From positions 32,001 through 96,000 of the IMG/VR virus record IMGVR_UViG_3300042997_000909: a stretch of 64,000 nt of DNA. The stretch is one strand, 5' to 3'. The stretch is from a virus. Lineage: Duplodnaviria; Caudoviricetes. The first letter of the stretch is position 1, and every line of letters begins with the position of its first letter. A program made the position numbers and the translations under genes. Below the pieces are notes generated by a model. It worked only from the letters and a program-made list of their open reading frames with translations. It searched no databases and was not told the DNA's origin. Below are positions 10,373 through 19,791 of this stretch, piece after piece.

Positions 10373-10755
10373 AGATAAATACCAAGGTCATGTCCTAGTG
10401 CAATACAAACTTCTATTGCTTTTGACATTTCTTGTTTAGAACAATCTGCAAAACTTTTAAAAGTCGCTGAAGAAGAGCTGGTCGCTGGAATATAGAGACC
10501 AGCTTTTTCTTTTACTATCAGTTTTATTTCCTCAATGGAATGACCTGTTGAGTTTGCAATCTCACGTATAAGAGCGTGAGCCTTAGCAAGTTGCCCTGCT
10601 GTTTTTTCGTCATTTTCAAGAACAGTAATGTATGCTTCTAATTCTTGTCCTTTTTTGACACCCATGTTGAATAGTTTGAGTTTACCTGCATCTTCTGGAG
10701 ACGCAGGCAATATCTCAGTGCCACTAATAATTACTTTGATTGTTGTATTATGCAT
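10366..10755 (-). CDS. NinB/Orf-like recombination accessory protein
   Basis: Q..KAH..IREIA..TG....EIK and SFADCSKQEMSKAIE pattern. Confidence 0.5.
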   Translation of the reverse strand: MHNTTIKVIISGTEILPASPEDAGKLKLFNMGVKKGQELEAYITVLENDEKTAGQLAKAHALIREIANSTGHSIEEIKLIVKEKAGLYIPATSSSSATFKSFADCSKQEMSKAIEVCIALGHDLGIYLY

Positions 10756-11851
10756 ATGGTTCTGTATAAACAATTTTCTCAGAGTCTATGTCTTTCAATG
10801 CTTCAGAAACCCAGTCCATATCTACAGTATTCTTGTAAGCAAGAATATGAATTGTAGCTTTGTCTTCAGGATTTAGTCTTAGCAAACGACCTATGCGCTG
10901 ATTACTCTGGCGTTCATTACTATATGAGTGCAGGATTATACCAGCTTTTAAGTTTGGTATATTCACACCCTCATTGAGCTGCTGAACACATGACAATTTA
11001 GTTATTTTGCCATCTTTGAAATCAATCAGATTTTCAGGACTATCTGAATTCTTACTATGATAACTATGCTCACAAATCCAATCTGCTTGCTCAGTTGTAT
11101 TACAAAATACAATGCACTTGTCATGCATCATTTCCAACAACTGTTTTGCATATCGTTCCTTTGTAGGGAATGTCATCATTGCTTTCATCCTCATAATACG
11201 TTTTATCTGAGTTTCTTTTGGTGACATAATCTTTCTTAGCTGATCAGTCCAATATGCATATGCTTTTTGCTCACTGTTTAGGAAGAAAGTACCATCTTTC
11301 TTTTTAACTTTCATAGTACGTTCAGCACTAAGTGGCAGCATGTGCACCATTATTTTGTAATCATTAAGAATTGCGTCATCAACAGCATCATCTGTTATGT
11401 ACGTGTACTCTATTGGACAGTATAAACCAACCATTTTACCCTTCTCAGAAACCTTGTATCTTGGAGGCGTACCTGTAAGACCTAAGATTTTACCTGGAAA
11501 TGTGGCAAGCCAGTGATCATGTGTGTATTTCAAACTATGACACTCATCAAGTATAACAACATCATATAAGCTGCTATCTACTTTTTTTAATGATAAGTAT
11601 GTTGAAAATTCTAAATGTGGTAGTAAATGTGACATTGAATGCTTGATACACTCACTTTGCCAGCTATCCCACACACTTAATTTAGGACCAACTATCAAAT
11701 AACGTTTGAACATACAAGTTGGATGCAGTGATTCAAGGTACTTCAACCCAATAAGTGTCTTACCAACACCCATTGATATGCCTAGACCTGCTTTACGCTT
11801 CCCCTGTATCGCCTTTAAAGCTTCTTCTTGGATTATTTCGCGGTTTTTCAT
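10748..11851 (-). CDS. Superfamily 2 DExH helicase
   Basis: MGVGKT, DECH, LTGTP, LNEGVNIP, QRIGRLLR. Confidence 0.9.
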   Translation of the reverse strand: MKNREIIQEEALKAIQGKRKAGLGISMGVGKTLIGLKYLESLHPTCMFKRYLIVGPKLSVWDSWQSECIKHSMSHLLPHLEFSTYLSLKKVDSSLYDVVILDECHSLKYTHDHWLATFPGKILGLTGTPPRYKVSEKGKMVGLYCPIEYTYITDDAVDDAILNDYKIMVHMLPLSAERTMKVKKKDGTFFLNSEQKAYAYWTDQLRKIMSPKETQIKRIMRMKAMMTFPTKERYAKQLLEMMHDKCIVFCNTTEQADWICEHSYHSKNSDSPENLIDFKDGKITKLSCVQQLNEGVNIPNLKAGIILHSYSNERQSNQRIGRLLRLNPEDKATIHILAYKNTVDMDWVSEALKDIDSEKIVYTEPYA

Positions 11852-12092
11852 ACTTGTTATCTCTTTTTGGAGCAACCTTATACATTTGCGTATTGTTATC
11901 TCTTGTGTTTCTTACTCCTTTTTCTTCAAGAACTTTTGTCTTGTCAATCCACTGAATGTTTAAGAGAATCTTGTTAAAGAATCTTACTATTGCATTTGGT
12001 TTCTTTGTTGACCATAACAGTAATCCTCTTTCATCTACTGCATCTTGTTTTGTTGTGGCTCCTATTATAAAATAGCCAATAAACTTTTTCAT
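11793..12092 (-). CDS. Hypothetical protein
   Basis: 99 aa ORF in operon context. Confidence 0.6.
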   Translation of the reverse strand: MKKFIGYFIIGATTKQDAVDERGLLLWSTKKPNAIVRFFNKILLNIQWIDKTKVLEEKGVRNTRDNNTQMYKVAPKRDNKYEKPRNNPRRSFKGDTGEA

Positions 12093-12093
12093 T

Positions 12094-12510
12094 TTAAGTT
12101 AATTTAGATTGTGACAAATTCATTTCTCTTGCTTCTTTTGGATGAGTTTCCACCCATTCATGGCAAGATAAACATAAAGGTATCCAGGTTTTCTTATCAA
12201 GATAATATAACCCTCTACCTTTAGTATGGTGCACTGTCAGATTCTCCTTGAATTGACCCATGCACCCAGGCAACTTTGCTCTACATGTAGAGTTTGAAGG
12301 TTCACTTAAGAACTCTTTACGCATCTTGCTGTATAAAACATCAAGCACGTCTTTTTTATCAGATTTTGGTTTGATTGGGCGTGAGTTTGATGGTAATTTC
12401 ACGACTTCTTGAGAGTACCAGCAATCTTTGCAGTACTTTTTACCCTGGCTGTTCTTCCAGATTACTTTGTCTAGCTCGCAGCTAGAACATTTTTTAAGTT
12501 TTACTTGCAT
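12094..12510 (-). CDS. Zn-binding HNH-like nuclease
   Basis: CxxC...CxxC N-terminus, VHHTKGR, LCLSCHEWV. Confidence 0.65.
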   Translation of the reverse strand: MQVKLKKCSSCELDKVIWKNSQGKKYCKDCWYSQEVVKLPSNSRPIKPKSDKKDVLDVLYSKMRKEFLSEPSNSTCRAKLPGCMGQFKENLTVHHTKGRGLYYLDKKTWIPLCLSCHEWVETHPKEAREMNLSQSKLT

Positions 12511-12528
12511 ACAATTTATCTAGCAAGC

Positions 12529-12819
12529 TTAGATTTCAATGTTATCAATGTCAATGAAATCACTGTCAGTTAGTTTATCTATGCTATCAATGTCTGTCAA
12601 ATCAGGTTCATGTTCTGTGATATAGTAATCATCTTCTACATCATTTTTTGTTGATGGACCATAATACAAGACACTTATAGCAAAAGGATCATTTACTTCT
12701 TCTCCCCAATTAGCAGCCTCAAGTTCTTTTAGCATTCTGTCCCATTCTATATCAGACATTCCAGCATATTGCTCTACTTTCAGTTCAATACATTTACCAT
12801 TTGGAAGTTGGTATAACAT
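12529..12819 (-). CDS. Hypothetical acidic protein
   Basis: 96 aa ORF; TAATTTTG box at 12826-12833. Confidence 0.7.
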   Translation of the reverse strand: MLYQLPNGKCIELKVEQYAGMSDIEWDRMLKELEAANWGEEVNDPFAISVLYYGPSTKNDVEDDYYITEHEPDLTDIDSIDKLTDSDFIDIDNIEI

Positions 12820-12912
12820 ATTTCACAAAATTAAGATACTAAGGTATGAATTTAACTGACTAAAGCTTCTCACAAAGTTAATAAAAATAAAATATTTTGT
12901 ACTATATAGCTA

Positions 12913-13284
12913 TCAAAATTCTGCTGTTTTATAAAAATTTTGTATAAAGTCTTCAATACTCATTTTTACATTATCAACACCAGAACCATAGCTGCTAATC
13001 TCTATAGTCTGTTTGACTGTGTCAATTGTGATCAAAAGATTTATGTCCACGTATAGTTGTGTACCAATGCCAAATCCATTCTCATCATTGGCTTCATTAC
13101 TTGGAACCATAGTGCAGAAAATCATTCTTGATAAATAGTCAGGATCATCCCATCTAACTTTTCTAGAAAGAACTTCATGTACAAGACTTACTAGTTGTTT
13201 TGCATACTCATGAGTGTATAAATAAACTCTTCCAAATGGCCCAACTATCTCTACTTGGCCACTATTCATGTTGATTTGTTCCAT
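12913..13284 (-). CDS. Hypothetical protein
   Basis: 123 aa ORF (VYLYTH..RWDDPDYLSR). Confidence 0.7.
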   Translation of the reverse strand: MEQINMNSGQVEIVGPFGRVYLYTHEYAKQLVSLVHEVLSRKVRWDDPDYLSRMIFCTMVPSNEANDENGFGIGTQLYVDINLLITIDTVKQTIEISSYGSGVDNVKMSIEDFIQNFYKTAEF

Positions 13285-13287
13285 GGT

Positions 13288-13440
13288 TTACTTTTTAATG
13301 ATTAAAATACAGCATTCTAGCCAAGTAAACTGTAAGGTTAGCTTATACTTGTAGGAATATACCATAGGCATCTTTTCAAGGTAGATACCTAAACCAAATT
13401 TCTTAGCGTAGAATAATATTTTAACAAAGATATTTTTCAT
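13288..13440 (-). CDS. Small hypothetical protein (50 aa)
   Basis: Hand-translated MKNIFVKILF..., ATGA-coupled to the dUTPase stop. Confidence 0.5.
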   Translation of the reverse strand: MKNIFVKILFYAKKFGLGIYLEKMPMVYSYKYKLTLQFTWLECCILIIKK

Positions 13441-13868
13441 TTTCCTGTGCTGCCAAAGCCACCTTCACCTCTTTCAGATGATGATAACTCAGCTACTTCT
13501 GTAATTTCTACAAATGGTAATTTCATTATGACAAGTTGTGCCACTCTATCTCCTACATCATAAACATCACCTTCTTCAAGGTATCTAAATTTAAGCATGA
13601 GAGAGCCTCTATAACCTGAATCAATTACACCAACAGAATTCGCCAAATTCAAAGTTGTTTTACTTACTGAACTTCTAGGAAATAAAAGACCAACATAACC
13701 TTCAGGAATCTCTAAAGACAATCCTGTGTCATATGTTACCATTGTGTTGTCTTTATTCCACTCTTCACTGATTGCTACTAGGTCCATACCTGCATCACCA
13801 GCCTTGGCGTAGCAAGGTATTACTGCTTCTGGATGCAGCTTTTTTATTTTTAATTCTACTTTACTCAT
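13437..13868 (-). CDS. dut: Trimeric dUTPase
   Basis: AGMDL, PRSS, GVIDSGYRG, RVAQL, RGEGGFGSTG. Confidence 0.97.
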   Translation of the reverse strand: MSKVELKIKKLHPEAVIPCYAKAGDAGMDLVAISEEWNKDNTMVTYDTGLSLEIPEGYVGLLFPRSSVSKTTLNLANSVGVIDSGYRGSLMLKFRYLEEGDVYDVGDRVAQLVIMKLPFVEITEVAELSSSERGEGGFGSTGK

Positions 13869-13984
13869 ATAACAAAGTTAAAAAAAGTTACTTAAACTAT
13901 CTAATCTTCAATATTTCACTTATATTTGCACAGACAGCTTTGATTCTGTTTGTTCATAATGTGAATTATTTTGATGGTTAAAGA

Positions 13985-14011
13985 AAGGGGGACGCAAATC
14001 CCCCTTTTTTT
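13985..14011. terminator. Probably bidirectional intrinsic terminator
   Basis: AAGGGGGA-CGCAAA-TCCCCCTT followed by a T run on +, with an A-rich flank on the other side. Confidence 0.8.
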
Positions 14012-14012
14012 G

Positions 14013-14282
14013 TTAGTCAAACACGTAAGATACAGTGTTTTGAAATGGATCAAACTCCATTTGATTTGTCTTGCTATAAGTTCCTGGTTCTAAGACCATT
14101 TTACCATGCTCATCATGTGTGATAGTAGCACTGTTTTTGACAATCAGGTTTATTGATTGTTCTGTTTTGGTTTTGTATCCAAATGGTTTATCTGAATGCA
14201 TAATGTGCTTTTCAGGTGCACCACCTGGCGTCAATTGCAACTTTGTTGTTGACTCCCATCCATCTGTGTGATTATCAATCAT
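14013..14282 (-). CDS. Small THxEH-motif protein (usual partner of DUF6745-like proteins)
   Basis: ITHDEHGKMVLEPGTY..QMEFDP..VFD. Confidence 0.65.
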   Translation of the reverse strand: MIDNHTDGWESTTKLQLTPGGAPEKHIMHSDKPFGYKTKTEQSINLIVKNSATITHDEHGKMVLEPGTYSKTNQMEFDPFQNTVSYVFD

Positions 14283-14986
14283 GATTCTGCTTTTAAAAGT
14301 TTAATATAATCCTTTGCCTCTAAGTGATAAGGCCTGCATTCTCTACTTGATGCAGAATGCTTTGTTAAAATAACATCACCTTGTCTGTAAATATACTCAG
14401 GTTCTGTGATATTTAACTGCACAGTCCAAGCAATTGCTTCAAGTGCATCACCTTTTTGTCCAATGTTTCTAGGTACATAAATCCAATACTCACGACCTGT
14501 TGTGCTACACCAGCATCTTACTGCATATACAGTGGCATTTGCAGCACGCCATTCTTGCTTTTCTTCTGGAAAAAGTTTCTTACCTTCAATTTCATACAAC
14601 TCATACTCATCACGCATTGTTGTAGATATTTCAGTACCATTCTCTAACCATGTGATGCCTTCTTTTTCAAGAACTTTTTTGTCAACTAATTTTGGTTTTA
14701 ACTCTTTAAACATTTCAGCAACACCAATTGCTTTGAAATATAAACGTCTTACCTCAATATTCTTTTCTGCAAATGCTTCATTTACATTTGCAAATGGAAT
14801 GCTTTCCCATTCTGTTTCCATTTTATCAGCAAATGCCTGAATTTCAGGATGTGCGTTACCACCAATAATGGCGTTATAAAAGTCATTATACTCCTTATAG
14901 AGTGTTTTCCAATACTTTTTCGCTGTGTCTTCTTCTACTTTCATGTTTTCCACATAGTAGAAGCTTTTTGTTTCTGTTGTAATCAT
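14279..14986 (-). CDS. DUF6745-like protein
   Basis: NIEVRR, VRCWCSTTGREYWIYVP, ALEAIAWT, YRQGDV. Confidence 0.65.
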   Translation of the reverse strand: MITTETKSFYYVENMKVEEDTAKKYWKTLYKEYNDFYNAIIGGNAHPEIQAFADKMETEWESIPFANVNEAFAEKNIEVRRLYFKAIGVAEMFKELKPKLVDKKVLEKEGITWLENGTEISTTMRDEYELYEIEGKKLFPEEKQEWRAANATVYAVRCWCSTTGREYWIYVPRNIGQKGDALEAIAWTVQLNITEPEYIYRQGDVILTKHSASSRECRPYHLEAKDYIKLLKAES

Positions 14987-15681
14987 AACTCACTATCATT
15001 TAACATTTCTGCATACTCATTTAAGTCTAACAAGATACCACGAGGATCTTCGTTATAACCTTGATACTCAAGTCTAGCAATCTTGAACACATAGTTCTCA
15101 GGATCTTCTGCTGATGCTTCATTAAAATCATCAATAGTAGACCATTCTTCTGTCTGCCAACCTGAATACTCACAAGATGTTTTATTTTCAAGAATTTCTC
15201 TTGCTTTAGCTCTAATAATCTCTTCTTGACTCTCACAAAGAGCAATAAGTTCTTGATTTAGTATTCCATTTCTAACTCTAGGAACAATGTTAACATCTCC
15301 ACCATCAATCACATTTTCAAGTTCAATACTTAAACTTTCAAAGAAATACTTCTTAGGTATTCTTACTTCAATGATATCAGCATCTTTTAACTCCAACTCT
15401 TCTGTTGTGTCTTCACAATAGACATCTTCGCCTTCAAACATTTTTGTCACAGGATCATATACAGCTCTACCATTAGCATTGAACTCACCAGCCCAAGAAC
15501 CATAATCAAGAATATCACACATTTTGTCAACTAACCAGTCTGATTCTTGAGAACTTGTGTTATCTCCATCCACTTCTATATATACCCAGCCAGAGTCTCC
15601 TCCACCTTCCCAGCATATTGCTACTTCTTTGCCATCTTGTGATTGTTCATCACACCATTTAATTACATCTTCTATTTTCAT
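14983..15681 (-). CDS. DUF6878-like acidic protein
   Basis: WEGGGDSG motif, GSWAGEFNANG. Confidence 0.55.
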   Translation of the reverse strand: MKIEDVIKWCDEQSQDGKEVAICWEGGGDSGWVYIEVDGDNTSSQESDWLVDKMCDILDYGSWAGEFNANGRAVYDPVTKMFEGEDVYCEDTTEELELKDADIIEVRIPKKYFFESLSIELENVIDGGDVNIVPRVRNGILNQELIALCESQEEIIRAKAREILENKTSCEYSGWQTEEWSTIDDFNEASAEDPENYVFKIARLEYQGYNEDPRGILLDLNEYAEMLNDSEL

Positions 15682-16076
15682 GGTAATTCTGTTTTTGATT
15701 GTTCAACGTAATCTGATTTATCTTTTGCGATTTCTCTGAGAACTTTTCTCCCTTCGCCAGGCTTGTACATCCATCCTACGATGTTCATGTTGTCAAGGTA
15801 ATCTTTGATTGTAGGAATCCATCCAATGTCTTCTATACAATGTTGTTCGCCAAGTGCTCTAACAGGTACTTTCTTACCAGCAGAGTTTACTATGTATACG
15901 CCAAACTCTTTCTCACACCAGAAGATGCCTTCTGCATGATGGCGCAATGCTCTATGACGCATATCTGGATAATGCATCTTTGTTTCGTCAAACCAATTAT
16001 GAATTGGTAAATAATCTTCTGCCTCACCTCCCCATTTTTTTGCAGAGGAAATGCTGTGATGTAAAGGATGTGACAT
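15678..16076 (-). CDS. DUF6915-like His-rich protein
   Basis: MSHPLHHSISSAKKWGG..HNWFDETK..RHRALRHHAEGIF..EQHCIED; start set at 16076. Confidence 0.75.
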   Translation of the reverse strand: MSHPLHHSISSAKKWGGEAEDYLPIHNWFDETKMHYPDMRHRALRHHAEGIFWCEKEFGVYIVNSAGKKVPVRALGEQHCIEDIGWIPTIKDYLDNMNIVGWMYKPGEGRKVLREIAKDKSDYVEQSKTELP

Positions 16077-16077
16077 A

Positions 16078-16248
16078 CTATACAATTTTAATATTGACTT
16101 CTGAGACAACAATCCATGTGCAATCATTATTGATTACATATATGCCATCTTCAGTAGTGTAATCTTCTGGACACTCCCATACATTCTCATCATAAGGGTA
16201 AACAGTAACTGTTTCACACGAATGGTCTATCACTATCAGCTTCTTCAT
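16078..16248 (-). CDS. Small hypothetical protein
   Basis: MKKLIVIDH... ORF filling the operon gap. Confidence 0.55.
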   Translation of the reverse strand: MKKLIVIDHSCETVTVYPYDENVWECPEDYTTEDGIYVINNDCTWIVVSEVNIKIV

Positions 16249-16531
16249 CTGTGACTTCTTTTTTTGATGGATCAAGTAATGATTTTTGCTTGTTGTTCTT
16301 GCGCTCTATCTCATCAATTTTCATTTCAATGACAGGACGCGAGTAAGGTTTGACAACTCCATTGTCATTGTAATACCTGATTCTTTCTATCTTATGTAAA
16401 AGACCTTGCTCCACAGGCATATAGTCTGAAAAAAAGTAATCTATGTTTCTTACTTTTTTCCAGTCCATATGTGTCCAGTCTGTTGTTAATACACTTAACT
16501 GATTTCTGAGATACTTTTCATTATTTGTCAT
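16214..16531 (-). CDS. Hypothetical protein
   Basis: 105 aa ORF in tightly packed array. Confidence 0.6.
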   Translation of the reverse strand: MTNNEKYLRNQLSVLTTDWTHMDWKKVRNIDYFFSDYMPVEQGLLHKIERIRYYNDNGVVKPYSRPVIEMKIDEIERKNNKQKSLLDPSKKEVTDEEADSDRPFV

Positions 16532-16835
16532 CAGATGTAGTTTCTGGAAAAGGAACTTCTTCTAAGTCTTTAGGACTTTTGATTTCCAATTTCAGTTCTT
16601 TGATACCAAATTCTACAGCCATGTAAGCAAGTTTTGCAACTGCTGCCCACATTCCAAAATCTGCTGGCATACGAGATGTGAAATAAAAAGCATCCATGTT
16701 GTCACCAGGTTTTACTTCAAACTTCTTTTGTGACTCATCCACAATTAACTTTACTTTAGCTGTTTCTACTTTACCATCTTTGTTTACATACTCTTCTGAA
16801 AGAATATAATTTCTGCTTGATACTGTAATGTCCAT
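16521..16835 (-). CDS. Hypothetical protein
   Basis: 104 aa ORF. Confidence 0.7.
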   Translation of the reverse strand: MDITVSSRNYILSEEYVNKDGKVETAKVKLIVDESQKKFEVKPGDNMDAFYFTSRMPADFGMWAAVAKLAYMAVEFGIKELKLEIKSPKDLEEVPFPETTSDDK

Positions 16836-16841
16836 GATGTT

Positions 16842-17396
16842 TTAATTTTGATTTTTGTTAATACTCTCTACAATCTCTCTGTAGAATTTGTCATAATTTT
16901 CTTTCAACAGATTGGAGAATGTTCCTTCTGTATTTGATTTGTCAATAGAGTCACTGCTTGTTTTGTCATCATACTCTAAAGAAATATCACCAGTTGTGTG
17001 GCGAATAATGTCATAGATGTGCATTCCTGCGCTTTTGTAGGTTTCAACTTGGACCATAACAACTTCTTCTCTATCAGGTTGCTCTGAAGGTCTTATGTTA
17101 CGGTCAATTTCTGAACCAACTGGTCTTTTTACAATCCACGCTTCTGTTAAAAGAGCTACTGCTACAGGTTTAATTGTAGTTATGGCAGCTTTGACAGCAG
17201 CAATGAAGTAATGTTTATCTTGTGCGTGCATTGGTCCTAAATCTGGGGCAAGTACATGTATAAACTCATTTTTGTCATTTTGTGCAAGAAATATGACTAC
17301 CATTGGTAATTCTTCATTTTCCTGCATGTACCTTGTTGCAAAAGTTTTACATTCCTTTTGGAATTTGGCAATTGCTTTGTCTAGTTCTATATTCAT
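16842..17396 (-). CDS. Hypothetical protein
   Basis: 184 aa ORF (TEAW..RPSEQPDREE). Confidence 0.75.
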   Translation of the reverse strand: MNIELDKAIAKFQKECKTFATRYMQENEELPMVVIFLAQNDKNEFIHVLAPDLGPMHAQDKHYFIAAVKAAITTIKPVAVALLTEAWIVKRPVGSEIDRNIRPSEQPDREEVVMVQVETYKSAGMHIYDIIRHTTGDISLEYDDKTSSDSIDKSNTEGTFSNLLKENYDKFYREIVESINKNQN

Positions 17397-17644
17397 TACA
17401 TTAAATCAAAGAAGTTTTCACGTATTTCATCTTCAGCTACGTCTTTTGCTGGTGGTTCATCGTCAGTCCATGTGATGTTTGATATCTCAACTGTTTGTGT
17501 TTCAAGTTCTGATTCCACTTCAACAATAAAATCAAAATCTCTAATCATTGCCTCATCATCTGTGTCTGATACATCAGTTGTGTACTTTCCATAATAAGAT
17601 TCTACTCTTAGAAATGGTTTTCTAGTAATTTTCAATTTCGCCAT
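17396..17644 (-). CDS. Hypothetical protein
   Basis: 82 aa acidic ORF. Confidence 0.65.
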   Translation of the reverse strand: MAKLKITRKPFLRVESYYGKYTTDVSDTDDEAMIRDFDFIVEVESELETQTVEISNITWTDDEPPAKDVAEDEIRENFFDLM

Positions 17645-18092
17645 TGTCTTTTACTCTAAATTTGTTTTCAAATCTATACTGCAACTCACGTGCAAGTAGT
17701 TTTAAATGCCATGCTACACCACCATATTCAAGTGTGTTTGCGATATGTCCATCACTCATTTTTGAAATAGGAACATACTGCAATGGATCTTTACCTAAAA
17801 GACCTCTTGTGCCTCTTGTTGCATAATTTCTCACAACTTCAAAATCATCATCAGCATATACAACAGTTTCACTTACAAGTCTTTCATTTAATGCAGTATA
17901 CGCTGGAAATGATAATCCACCAAATACAACAAGTTTGTTAGAGCATTTGCATTTCTCTGTCCAGTCTTTTGTATATGTGATGCAAGATGTTAGACAGCTA
18001 CCACATGTAGCTCTTACAAAAACAGGTTGACGTGAATGTTCAATGTCAAACTGTTTTGCAATTAAAAATTTGTAAGCATCTTTTTCTGTCAT
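17622..18092 (-). CDS. Hypothetical protein with CxxC/CxC
   Basis: CGSC..CKC, GTRG, ISKMSDGHIAN. Confidence 0.7.
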   Translation of the reverse strand: MTEKDAYKFLIAKQFDIEHSRQPVFVRATCGSCLTSCITYTKDWTEKCKCSNKLVVFGGLSFPAYTALNERLVSETVVYADDDFEVVRNYATRGTRGLLGKDPLQYVPISKMSDGHIANTLEYGGVAWHLKLLARELQYRFENKFRVKDNGEIENY

Positions 18093-18097
18093 ACTTT

Positions 18098-18349
18098 TTA
18101 CTTAAAAAAGTTCTCAAAAATCTCATGAGCAGTACGTTCTGCCCACGCAATTATGTTGTCTTCATCTGAATCCCAACATCCATTAAACAAAACGCCAGCA
18201 GTATGCATAGATTGAGCCATGACGTATCCCATTATCTTATAATCAGGACCATCACACTTTGTAAAATCTAATACAACTACTGGTTTGTCTTTTGTATGGG
18301 TTGATTCAGGGTTACTAACAACTACAAAGTCATTAAATACCCATTCCAT
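18098..18349 (-). CDS. Hypothetical protein
   Basis: 83 aa ORF. Confidence 0.6.
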   Translation of the reverse strand: MEWVFNDFVVVSNPESTHTKDKPVVVLDFTKCDGPDYKIMGYVMAQSMHTAGVLFNGCWDSDEDNIIAWAERTAHEIFENFFK

Positions 18350-18350
18350 A

Positions 18351-18542
18351 CTATTTCCATTTCATGTTTGGGTTTGTTTGATAGTTGATGTATGCTTGTG
18401 CAGCTCTCTTACTACCAAAATACCTAATTGCATTTGAATTGGTTTCTTTTACATATAGCCATCTTGTAAAAAAGATGAATACAGTAGTTGAGTATAACAC
18501 TGTATACTTGTTATTCTCAACTTGCTCTAATTTATATTCCAT
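18351..18542 (-). CDS. Hypothetical protein
   Basis: 63 aa ORF. Confidence 0.55.
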   Translation of the reverse strand: MEYKLEQVENNKYTVLYSTTVFIFFTRWLYVKETNSNAIRYFGSKRAAQAYINYQTNPNMKWK

Positions 18543-18579
18543 AACAATAAATTTATGATGTTTACATTTATCAAAGTTA

Positions 18580-18894
18580 CTACAAACTTTTTGATTTAAA
18601 CTTAGGTGAACATCCTAAATGAATTGACACGCTGAATGAACGTTTGTCATACTCTGATAACTTCAATGCTTTATCATTCATGTACTTCTGTACAATTTCT
18701 TCAAATTTGGCTTCTTCCAGCTCATAATCCATAAAAGGAATCACTAACTGTCCAAATTCATTCTTGTCAGCTTCAGCCATCATTGCATCAAAATCTCCTT
18801 TTGGAGTACTGTTAGCAAAGAGTTCTCTGTAACAGTCAAGCATTGCATTTTCTATACGCTTAGCTTTTGATATTCTTTTTTCAGTGGTTGCCAT
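18580..18894 (-). CDS. Hypothetical protein
   Basis: 104 aa ORF (CYRELFANSTP..LGCSP). Confidence 0.7.
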   Translation of the reverse strand: MATTEKRISKAKRIENAMLDCYRELFANSTPKGDFDAMMAEADKNEFGQLVIPFMDYELEEAKFEEIVQKYMNDKALKLSEYDKRSFSVSIHLGCSPKFKSKSL

Positions 18895-18898
18895 AGTG

Positions 18899-19123
18899 TT
18901 ATATTGTTACGTTCATTAAATGCTCTGAGATTGCAGTAATCTCTCTCATTGCTGTCTCGTCATCAACAGTTTGCAAACTTACAATAGTTTGAAACATTAT
19001 CAAACATCCACCAATAAACGCTTTACGCATTTCAGTGTATTGTAAGTCATCTTTTGGTAATGCACCAACACCAAGTGCTTGCATCATTTTGTCAAATTCT
19101 TGATCTACATTGAATGTTGTCAT
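18899..19123 (-). CDS. Hypothetical protein
   Basis: 74 aa ORF (QYTEMRKAFIGG). Confidence 0.65.
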   Translation of the reverse strand: MTTFNVDQEFDKMMQALGVGALPKDDLQYTEMRKAFIGGCLIMFQTIVSLQTVDDETAMREITAISEHLMNVTI

Positions 19124-19311
19124 AATACTTTTTTGTTTAAATGTTCAATTACTTTTTCCCAATAACTTTTTGCAAGCATTCTTCCATCTCTAAATGGTGC
19201 TAGTGCATGAGTTGCTTTTGCTGATTTCAAGGATTCTTCCTTTGCTTTGTCAAGACCATGCAGTTTTGCAGCATATTTATACATTTCTTCTGCCTTTTCT
19301 TTTTCTGTCAT
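19120..19311 (-). CDS. Hypothetical protein
   Basis: 63 aa ORF (MTEKEKAEE..YWEKV). Confidence 0.65.
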   Translation of the reverse strand: MTEKEKAEEMYKYAAKLHGLDKAKEESLKSAKATHALAPFRDGRMLAKSYWEKVIEHLNKKVL

Positions 19312-19402
19312 AATCTTAAAATTACTAAATAATTTGCATAGGCATCTTCATAGGTCTTTGCCCATATTCTGTAGCCATCAATGACAAATAGTTGTTTTTC
19401 CA

Positions 19403-19639
19403 TCAGTCTTCTGTTATTAGTGTTAGACCATCATCTTGTGCAGCCATGTCTATAGCAAACCATATTTGCTCCATAGTTGCTTCATTTGTCAGAGCATTGT
19501 TCAACAACGCATGTGCTTGTTCATCATCGTCACAGTTGTAACGATACTGGATGTCATCAATGTGCCATAGATTGTCAACAAAATATCCTTCTCTGCGAAG
19601 GATTTCTTTAGCTTTTGCTACTTGTTCTTCCTGTGTCAT
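19403..19639 (-). CDS. Hypothetical protein
   Basis: 78 aa ORF (GYFVDNLWHIDDI). Confidence 0.65.
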   Translation of the reverse strand: MTQEEQVAKAKEILRREGYFVDNLWHIDDIQYRYNCDDDEQAHALLNNALTNEATMEQIWFAIDMAAQDDGLTLITED

Positions 19640-19790
19640 TTTGTTCTAAATATTGAATAACATACTTGGCGTAAGATGTAAGTACCTCATGCCCTTGAAA
19701 CTCAAAGGATTCTTTTTCATCCTTGACACTCTTCTCATAAAGAGATTTAAACTCTTCAAAGAGTTCATCAGTAAACTCAAACGTACTCAT
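19608..19790 (-). CDS. Hypothetical protein
   Basis: 60 aa ORF (FEFQGHEVLTSYAKY). Confidence 0.6.
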   Translation of the reverse strand: MSTFEFTDELFEEFKSLYEKSVKDEKESFEFQGHEVLTSYAKYVIQYLEQNDTGRTSSKS

Positions 19791-19791
19791 C

